A DNA stretch of 64,000 bases. Origin: Spirochaetota bacterium (GTDB taxonomy: Bacteria > Spirochaetota > UBA4802 > UBA5550). Below, in pieces: positions 19,458 through 30,069 of the stretch. The stretch is from positions 576,001 through 640,000 of the forward strand of contig CAXXHB010000003.1 of NCBI GenBank assembly GCA_963664815.2, written 5' to 3'. Position 1 is the stretch's first letter; each line of letters begins with the position of its first letter. Below the pieces are notes generated by a model, which worked only from the letters and a program-made list of their open reading frames with translations, ran no database searches and had not been told where the DNA came from. The translations under genes and the position numbers were made by a program.

Positions 19458-19524
19458 ATTTATTTCTTGAAATAAAATATCCTCTCTCTGATAATCTCTT
19501 TATTACTGAATAACGGAATTTTAA

Positions 19525-20241
19525 ATGACAGCATACTCTGATTACAAAATAGACAATGTCGACCCGTCAGACAAAAAGCGTTATATCCGCTCCATGTTCG
19601 ATTCGATTGTCCCTACTTACGATCTTCTGAACAGAATACTCTCCGGCGGAATTGACAACTTCTGGCGCAGGGATCTTGTGCGCCTTCTTAATGGTGCGGG
19701 AAGTAAAAGGACGCTTGATATCTGCTGCGGTACAGGTGATCTTACAAGGCAGCTTGTCAAGGGTGGGGGAGAGCTCTTCTCTCTCGATTTTTCATTCAAC
19801 ATGCTTAAAAAAGGGGTGGAAAAGGGGTGGCTTACGGGTGAGAATATATCAGCAGATGCAGGGAGACTCCCTTTTAAGAACATCAGTTTTGATTTTCTTA
19901 CCATTGCGTTCGGAATAAGGAATATCCCCGATGTGGACAACTTTCTTGCAGAATCTCACCGCGTGCTTAAACCGGGGGGAAAACTCCTTATACTTGAACT
20001 TACAAGACCGGATAATGCTTTTGTCCGTTTTTTTTACAATCTTTACCTTACAAAGATATTGCCGTTTATCGGCGGGTTGCTTTCCGGGAAACGGGAGGCA
20101 TATGGTTACCTCGCAGGGAGCATATCGACATTTCTTGACAGAGGTACTCTTATAGAAAGAATTAAGAATGCAGGATTTGCATCTGTCGATTTTAAAAGAA
20201 AAACATTCGGTGTTGCCACTATATATATCTGCGGGAAGTAG
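19525..20241 (+). CDS. ubiE: ubiquinone/menaquinone C-methyltransferase
   Basis: MFDSIVPTYDLLNR, LDICCGTGD, FGIRN, HRVLKPGG. Confidence 0.9.
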   Translation: MTAYSDYKIDNVDPSDKKRYIRSMFDSIVPTYDLLNRILSGGIDNFWRRDLVRLLNGAGSKRTLDICCGTGDLTRQLVKGGGELFSLDFSFNMLKKGVEKGWLTGENISADAGRLPFKNISFDFLTIAFGIRNIPDVDNFLAESHRVLKPGGKLLILELTRPDNAFVRFFYNLYLTKILPFIGGLLSGKREAYGYLAGSISTFLDRGTLIERIKNAGFASVDFKRKTFGVATIYICGK

Positions 20242-20350
20242 GTTTTTTCATGATTATATTCAGAGAATATTTTTTATAAAAAGATTTCTCACCCGAAAAC
20301 CGGGCGGGATCTAAATGAAAGGGGAGTCTGTTGAACATAAATGAGGATTT

Positions 20351-21100
20351 ATGAATAAAAAAATACTGGTTCTGGGGCACCGGGGTTACAGAAAAAGGTT
20401 TCCGGAAAACACACTTCTTGCGTTTGCCAAGGCGTTTGAGTATGGTGCCGACGGGATTGAATGTGATGTTCAGAAATCATCAGATGGTGTATATTTTATC
20501 TTTCATGATGTTGAACTTAACCGGATGACCGGTTTTGGCGGGAATATAGGGACTTCAGCATCAGCGGTAATAAAGACTCTCAAGGCCGGAGAAGGGGAGT
20601 GTATCCCGGAATTCAATTCCTTTCTCGATTCGCTCCCCTCCGGTAAATTTATAAACATTGAATTAAAAGAGGAGACTCTATCAGTTGATGATTGCCCGAT
20701 AATCATCAACAAGCTTGGTGATAAAAAAAAGAAGGACAATATACTGATATCGTCATTCAACCATGGCCTCTTACCCCCATTTAAAAATGCCGGTTTCAGG
20801 ACAGGGATGCTTTTTGAAACTGCAGAACTGAAGAATAAGCCGGTAAGACAGATATGGGGAATTATCAGGCAGAGGCCCTGGTCGGTCAATCTGCCGGTTA
20901 ATGTTTTTACAGAAACAATGGCAATTCCGGTAAAGCTTTTTGTTGCTGTTGCGAAGGTTTTACGAATAAGGCTTGTTTTCTGGACGGTCAACAGCGAAGT
21001 GCAGTATAATGCGGTAAAGGATATCGCCTGTGTTGTAATTACTGATGATGTGGAAGGGATAATAGAAATTCGGGACAGTGAAAAGAGGCCGTTGATGTGA
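20351..21100 (+). CDS. glycerophosphodiester phosphodiesterase
   Basis: GHRGY..PENT, IECDVQ, FHD, NIELK, WTVN motifs. Confidence 0.9.
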   Translation: MNKKILVLGHRGYRKRFPENTLLAFAKAFEYGADGIECDVQKSSDGVYFIFHDVELNRMTGFGGNIGTSASAVIKTLKAGEGECIPEFNSFLDSLPSGKFINIELKEETLSVDDCPIIINKLGDKKKKDNILISSFNHGLLPPFKNAGFRTGMLFETAELKNKPVRQIWGIIRQRPWSVNLPVNVFTETMAIPVKLFVAVAKVLRIRLVFWTVNSEVQYNAVKDIACVVITDDVEGIIEIRDSEKRPLM

Positions 21101-21310
21101 TGATTAACCAGGCTTTTTGTCTGAACACGATTCCGGGATTCAGCGATTGCCGGTATTTTGTGAGAATATATTTTTGCTGAATCGTGAAAATCATTTAATT
21201 TTGTTCAGTGTATGCTGATAAAGTGAAGTTTATTTTTAATTTAACCTTTTTATTATATTACCACAATATAGGAATTGATTTTACGGTTTAGTACAATATG
21301 AGGAATTTAA

Positions 21311-21871
21311 ATGGAGAAATGGGAGATAAGGAAACAGAAAGTAGATATTAAGAACAGAATTTTTACCATGAGGAATCTTGATTGTCTGCATAAAACGAAG
21401 AATGTTCAGAACGATTTCTATGTTATTGATACTTTTAACTGGATCAATGTTGTTGCTCTCACTACCGATGGAAGGTTTATCCTCGTCAGGCAGCATAGGC
21501 TGGGGACAGATGAGATCTCGATTGAAACTCCCGGGGGAGTTATTGATGACGGGGAAAACCCTGAAGACTGTGCGGTAAGGGAGCTTCGTGAAGAAACCGG
21601 TTATATCGGCAGCTCTGTTCACCTGCTTAAAAGTTTATGGGTCAATCCGGCAATTATGAGCAACAGGATAAGCTTTTATTTCATTGACGGATGCGAACTT
21701 TCAGCCTCACAGGATCTGGATGAAGCCGAGGATATTGAGGTAGTTACAGTAACTGTTAACGAACTGTCAGAGATGATAGGGAATGGAGAGTTCAGCCATT
21801 CCATAGCGGTAACCGGCCTTGGTCTGTATTTCCTCTCCCGGCATAACAGGTTTGGAGAGGTTAAACTTTAA
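21311..21871 (+). CDS. NUDIX hydrolase (ADP-ribose pyrophosphatase-like)
   Basis: Nudix box GGVIDDGENPEDCAVRELREETG. Confidence 0.9.
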   Translation: MEKWEIRKQKVDIKNRIFTMRNLDCLHKTKNVQNDFYVIDTFNWINVVALTTDGRFILVRQHRLGTDEISIETPGGVIDDGENPEDCAVRELREETGYIGSSVHLLKSLWVNPAIMSNRISFYFIDGCELSASQDLDEAEDIEVVTVTVNELSEMIGNGEFSHSIAVTGLGLYFLSRHNRFGEVKL

Positions 21872-22721
21872 CTGAGCCGTTTCTGTATCTGCTGATAAAA
21901 TTTTCACCATCCTTTCTTCCAAGATCATATGCACCCTGCAGTCCTGCAGGGTTGGTATAATCCCATTTGGAAACCGGCGGGGTAACTGAAGGCTGTACGT
22001 ATAGCCTTCCCGGGATCTGTGGAATTCTGTCCTCCCTGTGTATTCTCGACATCAGAACCAGCATTTTACCTTTTTTTTCATCGTCACCAATTGCAGACAC
22101 AGGAACGTTGTCTATTATGCCTCCGTCCAGGGATATTTTCCCCCTGTGTTTCATAATGGGGAGAAAGGGGGGTGTGCAGGATGAGCACATTACAAGATCT
22201 GCAACCTCTTCCGCTGTATCACAATCATTGAGTCTGGCCACTACAGGTTTGTATCCAAGGGCGGACGCCAGTTTCGGGTGTACCGGATGCATAGTGTGTT
22301 TCTCCAGCACATAAGCGAGCAGTCCGACAGCTGTACCGGAACGCGCACCGAGATAAAATGGAGGTGTGGTAATCAATATTCTTACCTCCGGTCCTGATTT
22401 AAAGCGATTCAGGGCTTCCATTGTAGCAGTTTTTAAAACTGTTTCCCTGTATATCCGGTAATGTGGGAATACAGGTTCTTTTTTAAGAAAGTTGCTCATG
22501 TAAAAGTTTTTTTTGTTCGCCGCAGTGGCTTCCTTTATCATAGCGAGCCCAATATCTGCCGTCCCTCCCATTATCATCCCTGCCATTGCGGCGCCAGCGC
22601 TTACACCTGCGACAATATCGGGACAAAGTTGCAATTCAGGGGATACTGTATGCCAGAATCCAACCTGCCACATACATCTGCTTCCTCCGCCTGAGAATAC
22701 GGCTGTTTTAAAATCTTTCAT
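21861..22721 (-). CDS. patatin-like phospholipase
   Basis: SGGGSR, GVSAG and DGG motifs. Confidence 0.88.
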   Translation of the reverse strand: MKDFKTAVFSGGGSRCMWQVGFWHTVSPELQLCPDIVAGVSAGAAMAGMIMGGTADIGLAMIKEATAANKKNFYMSNFLKKEPVFPHYRIYRETVLKTATMEALNRFKSGPEVRILITTPPFYLGARSGTAVGLLAYVLEKHTMHPVHPKLASALGYKPVVARLNDCDTAEEVADLVMCSSCTPPFLPIMKHRGKISLDGGIIDNVPVSAIGDDEKKGKMLVLMSRIHREDRIPQIPGRLYVQPSVTPPVSKWDYTNPAGLQGAYDLGRKDGENFISRYRNGSVKV

Positions 22722-23158
22722 TTTTTTTCATCACTCTCTGAATAGCATTCATTGATATTCTCATCAAACTCTTTAGAAATAATAGTCAGACAGAGAATTT
22801 CATCAGAATCAATCTCCCTGAAAAAAATATAACGCCATGCTCCATCCGCATTAGAGGAAATGCACCCGTTTCTGTCAGATAATATTTTCTGAACAAAAGC
22901 GTACCCGCTGAGGTCATAATTAATAAGGGCTTTTTTAGGATGGTATGAAATTTTTCCATCACTGCGGATAATATAAAAATATCCTTTTTCACCGATTATT
23001 TTATCGTCGAGTTTATATATATATTTTCTGTCTTTTTTAATGGATTCAGCAGTTGACTGCAGTTCACTATAAACATTCCTGTCTGTCAGCTGCATACCTG
23101 AACAGCAAAGGTTGAAAAGGGATAATGTGGTTAAAGCTGTTAAAATTATTATTCTCAT
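22718..23158 (-). CDS. stand-alone Cache-like domain lipoprotein
   Basis: Lipobox-like FNLC; GEKGYFYII.SDG.ISYHP Cache signature; no TM or output domain. Confidence 0.65.
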   Translation of the reverse strand: MRIIILTALTTLSLFNLCCSGMQLTDRNVYSELQSTAESIKKDRKYIYKLDDKIIGEKGYFYIIRSDGKISYHPKKALINYDLSGYAFVQKILSDRNGCISSNADGAWRYIFFREIDSDEILCLTIISKEFDENINECYSESDEKK

Positions 23159-23529
23159 GATAACGATGTTCTTTCAGTATTCAATTTTTTAATCCCTGCG
23201 TACACGCGCAATGAGTGCATTGCTGAATATTTCACTTATAATGAGCATTTCACGAATGAATCAGCATATTTTGCCCTTCGTACTATTTTATCATGGTTGA
23301 GCGGAGACAAAACCAGATAGTAATATCTATTCAATCGTTAACTGCTATAACTAAATAATAACGATTTTTTGTCAATTTTTTGAGAGAAACAAATGAAAAA
23401 AGATTGTAACTTCAAAAATGTATGAGGTTATTGTTTTTTATTGCAATAAAACTCAGTAATGTTATCAACTTCAACGTTTGTGAACGCTGAAGTTTTTAGG
23501 TTAAATTACATGGCTGATTCAATCAATAT

Positions 23530-24165
23530 ATGACCGGGAACAGAATGAAGAAGACCATAACCACACTTATGCTGTTCATTGCGGCTGCATGCTATGCGGA
23601 AGACAAATTCTCCATGGGTCTTACTGCAGGATATCAGCATGATATGGGTATGCTTTCAGATAAATACGGTATTCAGGCGCTTGTACAGCAGAATTTTTCA
23701 GCAGGGCTTGTTCTTAAGCTCGATATGAGCAGACTCTTCCTCAGATCCGGTGCCGAGTATTCGTATCCTCTGAAAAAAGGCAAGATTATTAACGACAGCG
23801 CCGGAGATGTAACAGGGACTGCCGCATCTTTTATTGAAGTGCCGGTATACGCAGGGATTAATCTCACCATACGGGATTTCGGACTTGTTTATATGGGTGG
23901 GGGCGGTTCATACATTTTCGGGACCGGTTATGTCAAAACTACGGGTGATGATAAAAAGATAAATGAACAGATTTTCGGCTGGGGACTTATTTCCGGAATT
24001 GAATATGAAATTTACGGCAATGCTTCTCTTATTGTCGAGTGGGAGTATATGGCGGGCAGAACATCTCCGGTAGCATCCACTAATGGTTCATATGATGACT
24101 ACTACATAGACTATTCAGGGCAGAGAATCAGGTTTGGTGCAGTATATCATTTTGGAAGATATTGA
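23530..24165 (+). CDS. outer-membrane beta-barrel protein (OmpL1-like) 1
   Basis: Signal peptide, amphipathic strands, FLRSGAEY..IEVP..AGI..VYMGGG pattern, aromatic C-terminal strand. Confidence 0.7.
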   Translation: MTGNRMKKTITTLMLFIAAACYAEDKFSMGLTAGYQHDMGMLSDKYGIQALVQQNFSAGLVLKLDMSRLFLRSGAEYSYPLKKGKIINDSAGDVTGTAASFIEVPVYAGINLTIRDFGLVYMGGGGSYIFGTGYVKTTGDDKKINEQIFGWGLISGIEYEIYGNASLIVEWEYMAGRTSPVASTNGSYDDYYIDYSGQRIRFGAVYHFGRY

Positions 24166-24171
24166 GTTTCT

Positions 24172-24879
24172 ATGAAAACACTGAAGTATATTATAATAAT
24201 TACATTAATCCTTTTTCCGGTTATATCATATTCCGCTGAAGTATCAGTGTCAACACGACTGGGATACTCTCCTGCTGTTGGGGGCTCAATGAGCTCCGGA
24301 TGGCAGAAAGAAAACCTCGGTGCTTTTGACGGGATTAACAGCATAAACAGTTCTTCTGATACCCTGGCGGTTTCTACGGTCAAAGTCCCGACAGCATTAA
24401 TTGCCGGGGCAGATTTAAGAATCATATCTGAATATATATATTTCAGGACAGGGATTGAATATCTCTACCAGAACTCGGGTGGTGAAGGGTCAACGCTGAA
24501 TCCTGCCGGTACTGAAGTTGTGAATGTTACTTACAGCCAGTGGTCATTTGATGTTCCTCTTACTATGGGGGTGTCAATTCTGTTCTGGGGAGAGACCCGT
24601 GTCTACATGGGAGCAGGGGCGGCGTATGCTTGTGGCACATACAGTAACAGCTTTAAATCGGCATCCCTGAATCACAGCGGTAGTTTTACAGGTTCCGCCT
24701 TTCCTCTTGTTGCCGAGTTCGGGTGCGAGTATCTGTTGAATGAAAAGGTTATTATCGGTTGCGATATTAAGCACCTGAGTGGAAAGAGTAAGGTAATAAC
24801 AGATGGCACAGATTATGCACGGGTTGATTTCACAGGTTTTCATATTACCGCATCGGCGGCTCTTTATTTTAATTTATAA
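24172..24879 (+). CDS. outer-membrane beta-barrel protein (OmpL1-like) 2
   Basis: YFRTGIEY..SGG..SFDVPLTMG..VYMGAG..Y resembles the Leptospira OmpL1 core as recalled. Confidence 0.72.
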   Translation: MKTLKYIIIITLILFPVISYSAEVSVSTRLGYSPAVGGSMSSGWQKENLGAFDGINSINSSSDTLAVSTVKVPTALIAGADLRIISEYIYFRTGIEYLYQNSGGEGSTLNPAGTEVVNVTYSQWSFDVPLTMGVSILFWGETRVYMGAGAAYACGTYSNSFKSASLNHSGSFTGSAFPLVAEFGCEYLLNEKVIIGCDIKHLSGKSKVITDGTDYARVDFTGFHITASAALYFNL

Positions 24880-24898
24880 GGTTAACCGGAAGTAATCA

Positions 24899-25600
24899 GT
24901 GAAATATATTAAAATTACATTGCTGCTTATATTTCTGTGTGTTGATTTACATGCAGGGGGAATGTTCAACGTGGGATTTATGGCAGGTGCCGCTGATGAT
25001 GCAGGGGGTGTTGATAAAATTGACGGTGACATTAACATGGAAATGAGATCAACTGCAGGAGCAACTGTCGCGGAGCTTGATACGACATACTCCCCGGTTT
25101 TTTCGATAAACCTTGGTTATGTAAGCGATTCACTTATGATTCAGGGGGGCTGGGAGTATACTACAAATGTGTTTTATAAATCAAGGGGCTCAATAAAAAC
25201 CGGCAGTACAGCGAATGAAATTGAAGTAACATTTTCAAGATTTACTGTACCACTTTCTCTGGGGATAGCTATTCCCCTTACGGACAGGGACAGTATCTAT
25301 TTTGCGGGGGGAGTTAATATGAGCTATGTGATTCTGGAGGTAAAACAATCCAGTCCATCCTCAGCTCCGCTTTCAGCATATCCCGCAGGTTCACTCCATT
25401 ACACTGCATTTATATCCGGTTCGCATCTGAAGTGTGGCGGAGATATTCGGTTGAGCAGGAATTATTCATTTGCCATGGAGTTTACACAATATTTCGGCAA
25501 TACTAAAAAAGTTGAAAACGAAGAGAAAAACAGTAAAATTCTGCTGGGCGTAAACTCCTTTGAGATTACAGCGGGGATTAATTATAACATTGACATATAA
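24899..25600 (+). CDS. outer-membrane beta-barrel protein (OmpL1-like) 3
   Basis: GWEYT..FTVPLSLGI..IYFAGG; paralogous pattern; GTG start. Confidence 0.68.
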   Translation: MKYIKITLLLIFLCVDLHAGGMFNVGFMAGAADDAGGVDKIDGDINMEMRSTAGATVAELDTTYSPVFSINLGYVSDSLMIQGGWEYTTNVFYKSRGSIKTGSTANEIEVTFSRFTVPLSLGIAIPLTDRDSIYFAGGVNMSYVILEVKQSSPSSAPLSAYPAGSLHYTAFISGSHLKCGGDIRLSRNYSFAMEFTQYFGNTKKVENEEKNSKILLGVNSFEITAGINYNIDI

Positions 25601-25655
25601 TTTTGAAATAATGGTAACCCCTTAACATAATTTTAGTGTAAAACAAACTATTATA

Positions 25656-25684
25656 TCTCCCCGCCTCCTTTGTCGGCGGGGAGA
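25656..25684 (+). terminator. hairpin after porin trio
   Basis: tctccccgcc/ggcggggaga 10-bp stem. Confidence 0.55.
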
Positions 25685-25791
25685 ATAGAGAATTTTCTGT
25701 TAAAAAGTACAGGAATTATTATTGATTTTGAAAAAGTAAATCATGAAAATATTTATATAGGGGTTGTTATTTCGTTGAGGTCTTTAATATT

Positions 25792-26559
25792 TTGATAAAC
25801 TATATTCTTTATTTTGCAGCCGGTACTTTTGCCGGGAGCTTTTTTTATACTCTTGCAGAAAGATATTCAAACGGCATGATGAAGCAGAATCCTCTTAAAG
25901 CGCTTTTTTCGCGCTCTGTATGTATTTCATGCGGCGAAAGCATATCACCGGTTTACCTTATGCCGATTGCGGGATTTTTACTATCATGTGGAAAATGCTC
26001 GCATTGCGGGAAGGGCATTTATTTTATATATCCATTAATTGAGCTACTATACGGCATTATGGCATTAATGGTTGCGGTTTTTCATGGGACTGATCTTTTA
26101 TCATTTTTTATTTACCTTATTTCCTCTGTGCTGGTGACAATAGCTGTAGTGGATATCAGAACAATGAAAATTCCATTAAGCCTGATCCTGGTATTTTTTA
26201 TTCTATCCATATATCCCGTTGCTATGCGGAGTAATCTTTTCGACAGTTTGTACGGCTTCATTTTTCTTCTCCTTTTTTTCCTGGTTATTATGTTTATTTT
26301 TCCCGGCGCATTTGGAGGAGGTGATCTGAAACTTTATGCTGCAGCAGGGTTTCTGCTCGGTCTTGAAATGAGCATTGTGCTGCTTGAAGTTTCCTTAATC
26401 TCAGGTGCGGTTTTCGGAATTGTCTGGGGCGCATTAAAGGGCTGGAATTTCAGAATAAAGATACCTTTTGCCCCGTTTATTGCTGCGGGTATAATTATTA
26501 CGCTGCTTTTCGGTAATACGATTGTACTTCTATATTACAGGAGTATTTACGGATTCTGA
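25792..26559 (+). CDS. pilD: type IV prepilin peptidase (A24)
   Basis: CxxC pairs (CISC, CSHC), VVDIRT and GGGDLKL aspartates, IPFAPFI. Confidence 0.88.
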   Translation: MINYILYFAAGTFAGSFFYTLAERYSNGMMKQNPLKALFSRSVCISCGESISPVYLMPIAGFLLSCGKCSHCGKGIYFIYPLIELLYGIMALMVAVFHGTDLLSFFIYLISSVLVTIAVVDIRTMKIPLSLILVFFILSIYPVAMRSNLFDSLYGFIFLLLFFLVIMFIFPGAFGGGDLKLYAAAGFLLGLEMSIVLLEVSLISGAVFGIVWGALKGWNFRIKIPFAPFIAAGIIITLLFGNTIVLLYYRSIYGF

Positions 26560-26618
26560 CAGATTCAGATTTAACATGGCAAGAGGCGGTCAGCCCCTTG
26601 CGGGAATCCCAAAGGTTT

Positions 26619-27644
26619 TTATTTAAACAACTCCATAATTCCTTTGCCGGAAGGATTTTCAATCACACCTTTTTCTGTAATAATGGCGCTGATATTCTCT
26701 GCAGGGGTTACATCAAAGGATGGGTTGAGAATTTTTATTCCCTCAGGCGCAATCTGGACGTTTTTAATATATGCAACCTCGTCAATATTTCTCTGCTCAA
26801 TTACTATTTTGTCTCCGGATTCGGTGTCAGGATCAAGGGTTGACAAGGGCGCTGCTACATAGAACGGGATTCCGTGTTCTTTGGCCAGTACGGAATGTGT
26901 ATATGTCCCTATCTTATTTGCAGTGTCACCGTTCCTGGCAATCCGGTCGGCGCCGACAATTACTTTTTTTATCATCCCGTTTTTCATGAAGAAGCCGGAC
27001 ATATTGTCGGTTATAAGGGTAACCGGTATATTGTCTTTCAGAAGTTCCCATGTTGTTAGCCTTGCTCCCTGGAGATAGGGCCTTGTTTCACAAGCGAATA
27101 CCTCAATCTGCTTTCCTTCTTCAATTGCTGCTCTTATAACTCCAAGAGCAGTTCCATAACCTCCGGTAGCAAGGGCTCCGGCGTTGCAGTGAGTCATGAC
27201 GATGTCTCCATCCTGTAAAAACCGGGATCCATTTCTTCCCATCTGTCTGTTGGCTTCAATATCTTCTTTAAGAATAGCAATGGCTTCGCTTTCGAATTTT
27301 TTTACCGCTTCATCAATATCATTTATCTCGGAAAGAACCTTCTTCATCCTGTTTATTGTCCAGAAAAGGTTTACCGCAGTGGGTCTTGTAGCAGCAAAAC
27401 ATTCAAAGACCCGGTTCATCTCCTGTTTGAATGACTGGATTGTGGTGCTTTTCATCTTTTTTGCGGCAAGGGCAATACCCATACCGGCAGCAATTCCAAT
27501 TGCCGGCGCTCCTCTTGTTTCCATTGATGTTATTGCCTCGGCCACCTCGGAGTAATCTGTATATGTATGGTATTCCTCTTTCGAAGGTAAAAGTCTCTGA
27601 TCTAAAATTGTTACTGAATCTCCGTTCCACCTGACTGTCTGCAT
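26619..27644 (-). CDS. mtnA: S-methyl-5-thioribose-1-phosphate isomerase
   Basis: LDQRLLP, RGAPAIG, RPTAVNL, THCNAGALAT, ETRPYLQGARLT, NKIGTY. Confidence 0.95.
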   Translation of the reverse strand: MQTVRWNGDSVTILDQRLLPSKEEYHTYTDYSEVAEAITSMETRGAPAIGIAAGMGIALAAKKMKSTTIQSFKQEMNRVFECFAATRPTAVNLFWTINRMKKVLSEINDIDEAVKKFESEAIAILKEDIEANRQMGRNGSRFLQDGDIVMTHCNAGALATGGYGTALGVIRAAIEEGKQIEVFACETRPYLQGARLTTWELLKDNIPVTLITDNMSGFFMKNGMIKKVIVGADRIARNGDTANKIGTYTHSVLAKEHGIPFYVAAPLSTLDPDTESGDKIVIEQRNIDEVAYIKNVQIAPEGIKILNPSFDVTPAENISAIITEKGVIENPSGKGIMELFK

Positions 27645-27657
27645 TGTTCCTCCATGT

Positions 27658-28575
27658 TCAATTATTTCTGTTTACCTTGTATTTCTTCATCCGGATTATA
27701 TTTCCCCTGCCATGCCATGTGACTTCATCCATATGTATTCTTATTATCAGAAGTCCTCTTCCGCTGTTTTTAAAGAAATTTTCAGGGTCTCTGGGATCCG
27801 GCAGTGTCTGATGATTAAATCCCGGGCCCTGGTCCTCTATTTCATAGAAAACATAATCCGGTGTCATTTCATAAGTGATTTTTACAGTTCTTTCTTTAAA
27901 GGGGGAGAGAGCTTTTCTTTTTTCGATTTCATTATTGAACTCTTTCATTCCACCAATGTCGCGGAGAGATGAATCAATTTCGAAATTACCATGATACATG
28001 GCATTTGAAATGGCTTCCTGGAGAGAAAGCGCAATATTGGCCGATGTTGTAAAATTAAAAAGGCCGGCGGGGACAAGATCTTTCGTATAATTAAAGGATA
28101 TTGTGTTTATCAGATCTCCGTCATTTGGGATCACAAGCATTGATTTTTCGTACTGCTTGTATTTTGCGAAGTTCTCTGAAAGTCGTTTCTCTGATTTTCT
28201 TTTAAGAATTGATCTTACGGATGAGGTGAGATCGTTTATGTCAAAAGGTTTACGTATGTAATCGCTTGCGCCGTATCTCAGGGCCCTTATCGCGTCTTCG
28301 ACATTACCATGTCCGCTTATAATAAGAACCGGTGTCGGTTCGTCCATACTGTTTATTCTGCGCAGAAGTTCAATGCCATCCATTTTACGGAGTTTTATAT
28401 CAGTTATGATAAGGTCTGCACTTTGTTCCGAGTTTTTCAGGTAATAGAGGAGATCTTCACCCTTTTCAAATGAAATTACGTTAAAGCCCATACGCGAGAG
28501 TTTTTTTTGTACGGTAATACGTATGACTTCTTCGTCGTCAACTACAAGTATTGTAGGCAGTATGTTTTCAGTCAC
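27658..28575 (-). CDS. response regulator with C-terminal RsbW-like HATPase domain
   Basis: REC (VVDDE, TDIK, KPF) plus EAISNAMYHGN, IEDQGPGF, SGRGL. Confidence 0.85.
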   Translation of the reverse strand: MTENILPTILVVDDEEVIRITVQKKLSRMGFNVISFEKGEDLLYYLKNSEQSADLIITDIKLRKMDGIELLRRINSMDEPTPVLIISGHGNVEDAIRALRYGASDYIRKPFDINDLTSSVRSILKRKSEKRLSENFAKYKQYEKSMLVIPNDGDLINTISFNYTKDLVPAGLFNFTTSANIALSLQEAISNAMYHGNFEIDSSLRDIGGMKEFNNEIEKRKALSPFKERTVKITYEMTPDYVFYEIEDQGPGFNHQTLPDPRDPENFFKNSGRGLLIIRIHMDEVTWHGRGNIIRMKKYKVNRNN

Positions 28576-28593
28576 TAAATTTTTCCTGTTAAG

Positions 28594-29820
28594 TTACTCT
28601 TTGATAATGCCAGCGTCGTTGTTTCCAAGGATCAGGTGCCCCATTCTGTCGCGTTTTGTTTCAAGATAAAACCTGTTTTCATCCTTCGGGGCGATTTCCA
28701 GCGGTATTCTCCCTGCAACCTCAAGGCCGTAACCTTCAATGCCGATTATTTTTTTTGGATTGTTTGTAATAAGACTGATTTTCCTGAGTCCGAGGTCGAC
28801 AAGTATCTGGGCTCCTATTCCGTAATTTCTCAGATCGGAAGGGAATCCCAGCTTAAGATTGGCTTCAACGGTATCCAGACCTGTATCCTGAAGGTGGTAT
28901 GCTTTGATTTTGTTTGCCAGTCCTATTCCTCTCCCCTCCTGACGTAAATAGAGGATTACCCCAAAACCATGTTTTTCAATATATTCCATTGCGCCGTGGA
29001 GCTGTGACCCGCAGTCGCATCTTCTTGACCCGAAAACATCACCTGTCAGACATTCAGAGTGGACTCTTACAGGAACAACTTTATCACCTTCAATGTCTCC
29101 TTTTATCAGTGCTACGTGTGTTTTATTCTCAACTTCAGCTTCAAAGGCAATTACCCTGAAGTTGCCGTGATCTGTAGGCATCTCTGCAGATGATATTCTT
29201 TTTACAAGGCGTTCTTTATGCTGCCTGTATTTAATAAGATCAGATATTGTCGCAATTTTTAATCCATGAGTTTCGGCAAATTTATCAAGGTCGGGCCGCC
29301 TTGCCATGGTGCCGTCATCATTCAGGATTTCGCAGATGACACCTGCCGGTTTAAGCCCGGCCATTTTCGGCAGGTCGACTGCTCCTTCAGTGTGCCCGGC
29401 GCGAACCAGCACTCCACCCTTTCTTGCTGCAAGAGGGAAAATATGTCCCGGCCTCCTGAGGTCTTCCGGGGCTGTTTTTTCATCAATCAGAGCCTGAATA
29501 GTATTTGATCTGTCCTGTGCCGATATCCCTGTTGTCGTTCCCTCTTTGGCATCAACTGAGACTGTGAAGGCTGTTCCGTATTTGTCTGTATTATCCTGTA
29601 CCATAAGCTCAAGGCCGAGTTTTGCAGCTCTTGTCTGTGTCATAGGGGCGCAAATAAGGCCTCTGCCGTATTTTGCCATAAAATTTATGATCTCCGGGGT
29701 ACAGTGCTCTGATGCAATAACAAGATCCCCTTCATTTTCTCTGTCTTCATTATCCACAAGGATAATCATTTTACCATTTCTTATATCTTCAATTACTTCC
29801 GGTATTGTACTTGATTTCAT
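28594..29820 (-). CDS. ribBA: bifunctional DHBP synthase / GTP cyclohydrolase II
   Basis: [34 protein letters not shown]. Confidence 0.96.
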   Translation of the reverse strand: MKSSTIPEVIEDIRNGKMIILVDNEDRENEGDLVIASEHCTPEIINFMAKYGRGLICAPMTQTRAAKLGLELMVQDNTDKYGTAFTVSVDAKEGTTTGISAQDRSNTIQALIDEKTAPEDLRRPGHIFPLAARKGGVLVRAGHTEGAVDLPKMAGLKPAGVICEILNDDGTMARRPDLDKFAETHGLKIATISDLIKYRQHKERLVKRISSAEMPTDHGNFRVIAFEAEVENKTHVALIKGDIEGDKVVPVRVHSECLTGDVFGSRRCDCGSQLHGAMEYIEKHGFGVILYLRQEGRGIGLANKIKAYHLQDTGLDTVEANLKLGFPSDLRNYGIGAQILVDLGLRKISLITNNPKKIIGIEGYGLEVAGRIPLEIAPKDENRFYLETKRDRMGHLILGNNDAGIIKE

Positions 29821-30069
29821 ATTTATCCTCCTGAAGATAATAGGGACAGAGTTAATGTAGCCTTTATAATTTCAAATGTTTTTTTTAGGTCAACAGTAAT
29901 GGCATATGGTTATTAAACATAAAAGTGGCTTTTTTTCAGAGTTTTTCATATTTTTTATAGTAAATGATTTTATTTTTTATAGATTTATCTAAAAGGTCTG
30001 ACTTATAAATCAATTAATTGATATTCGGGGAAGGTGTTTTGAATTTTTATTGATTTGTAAGCTGTTTTA

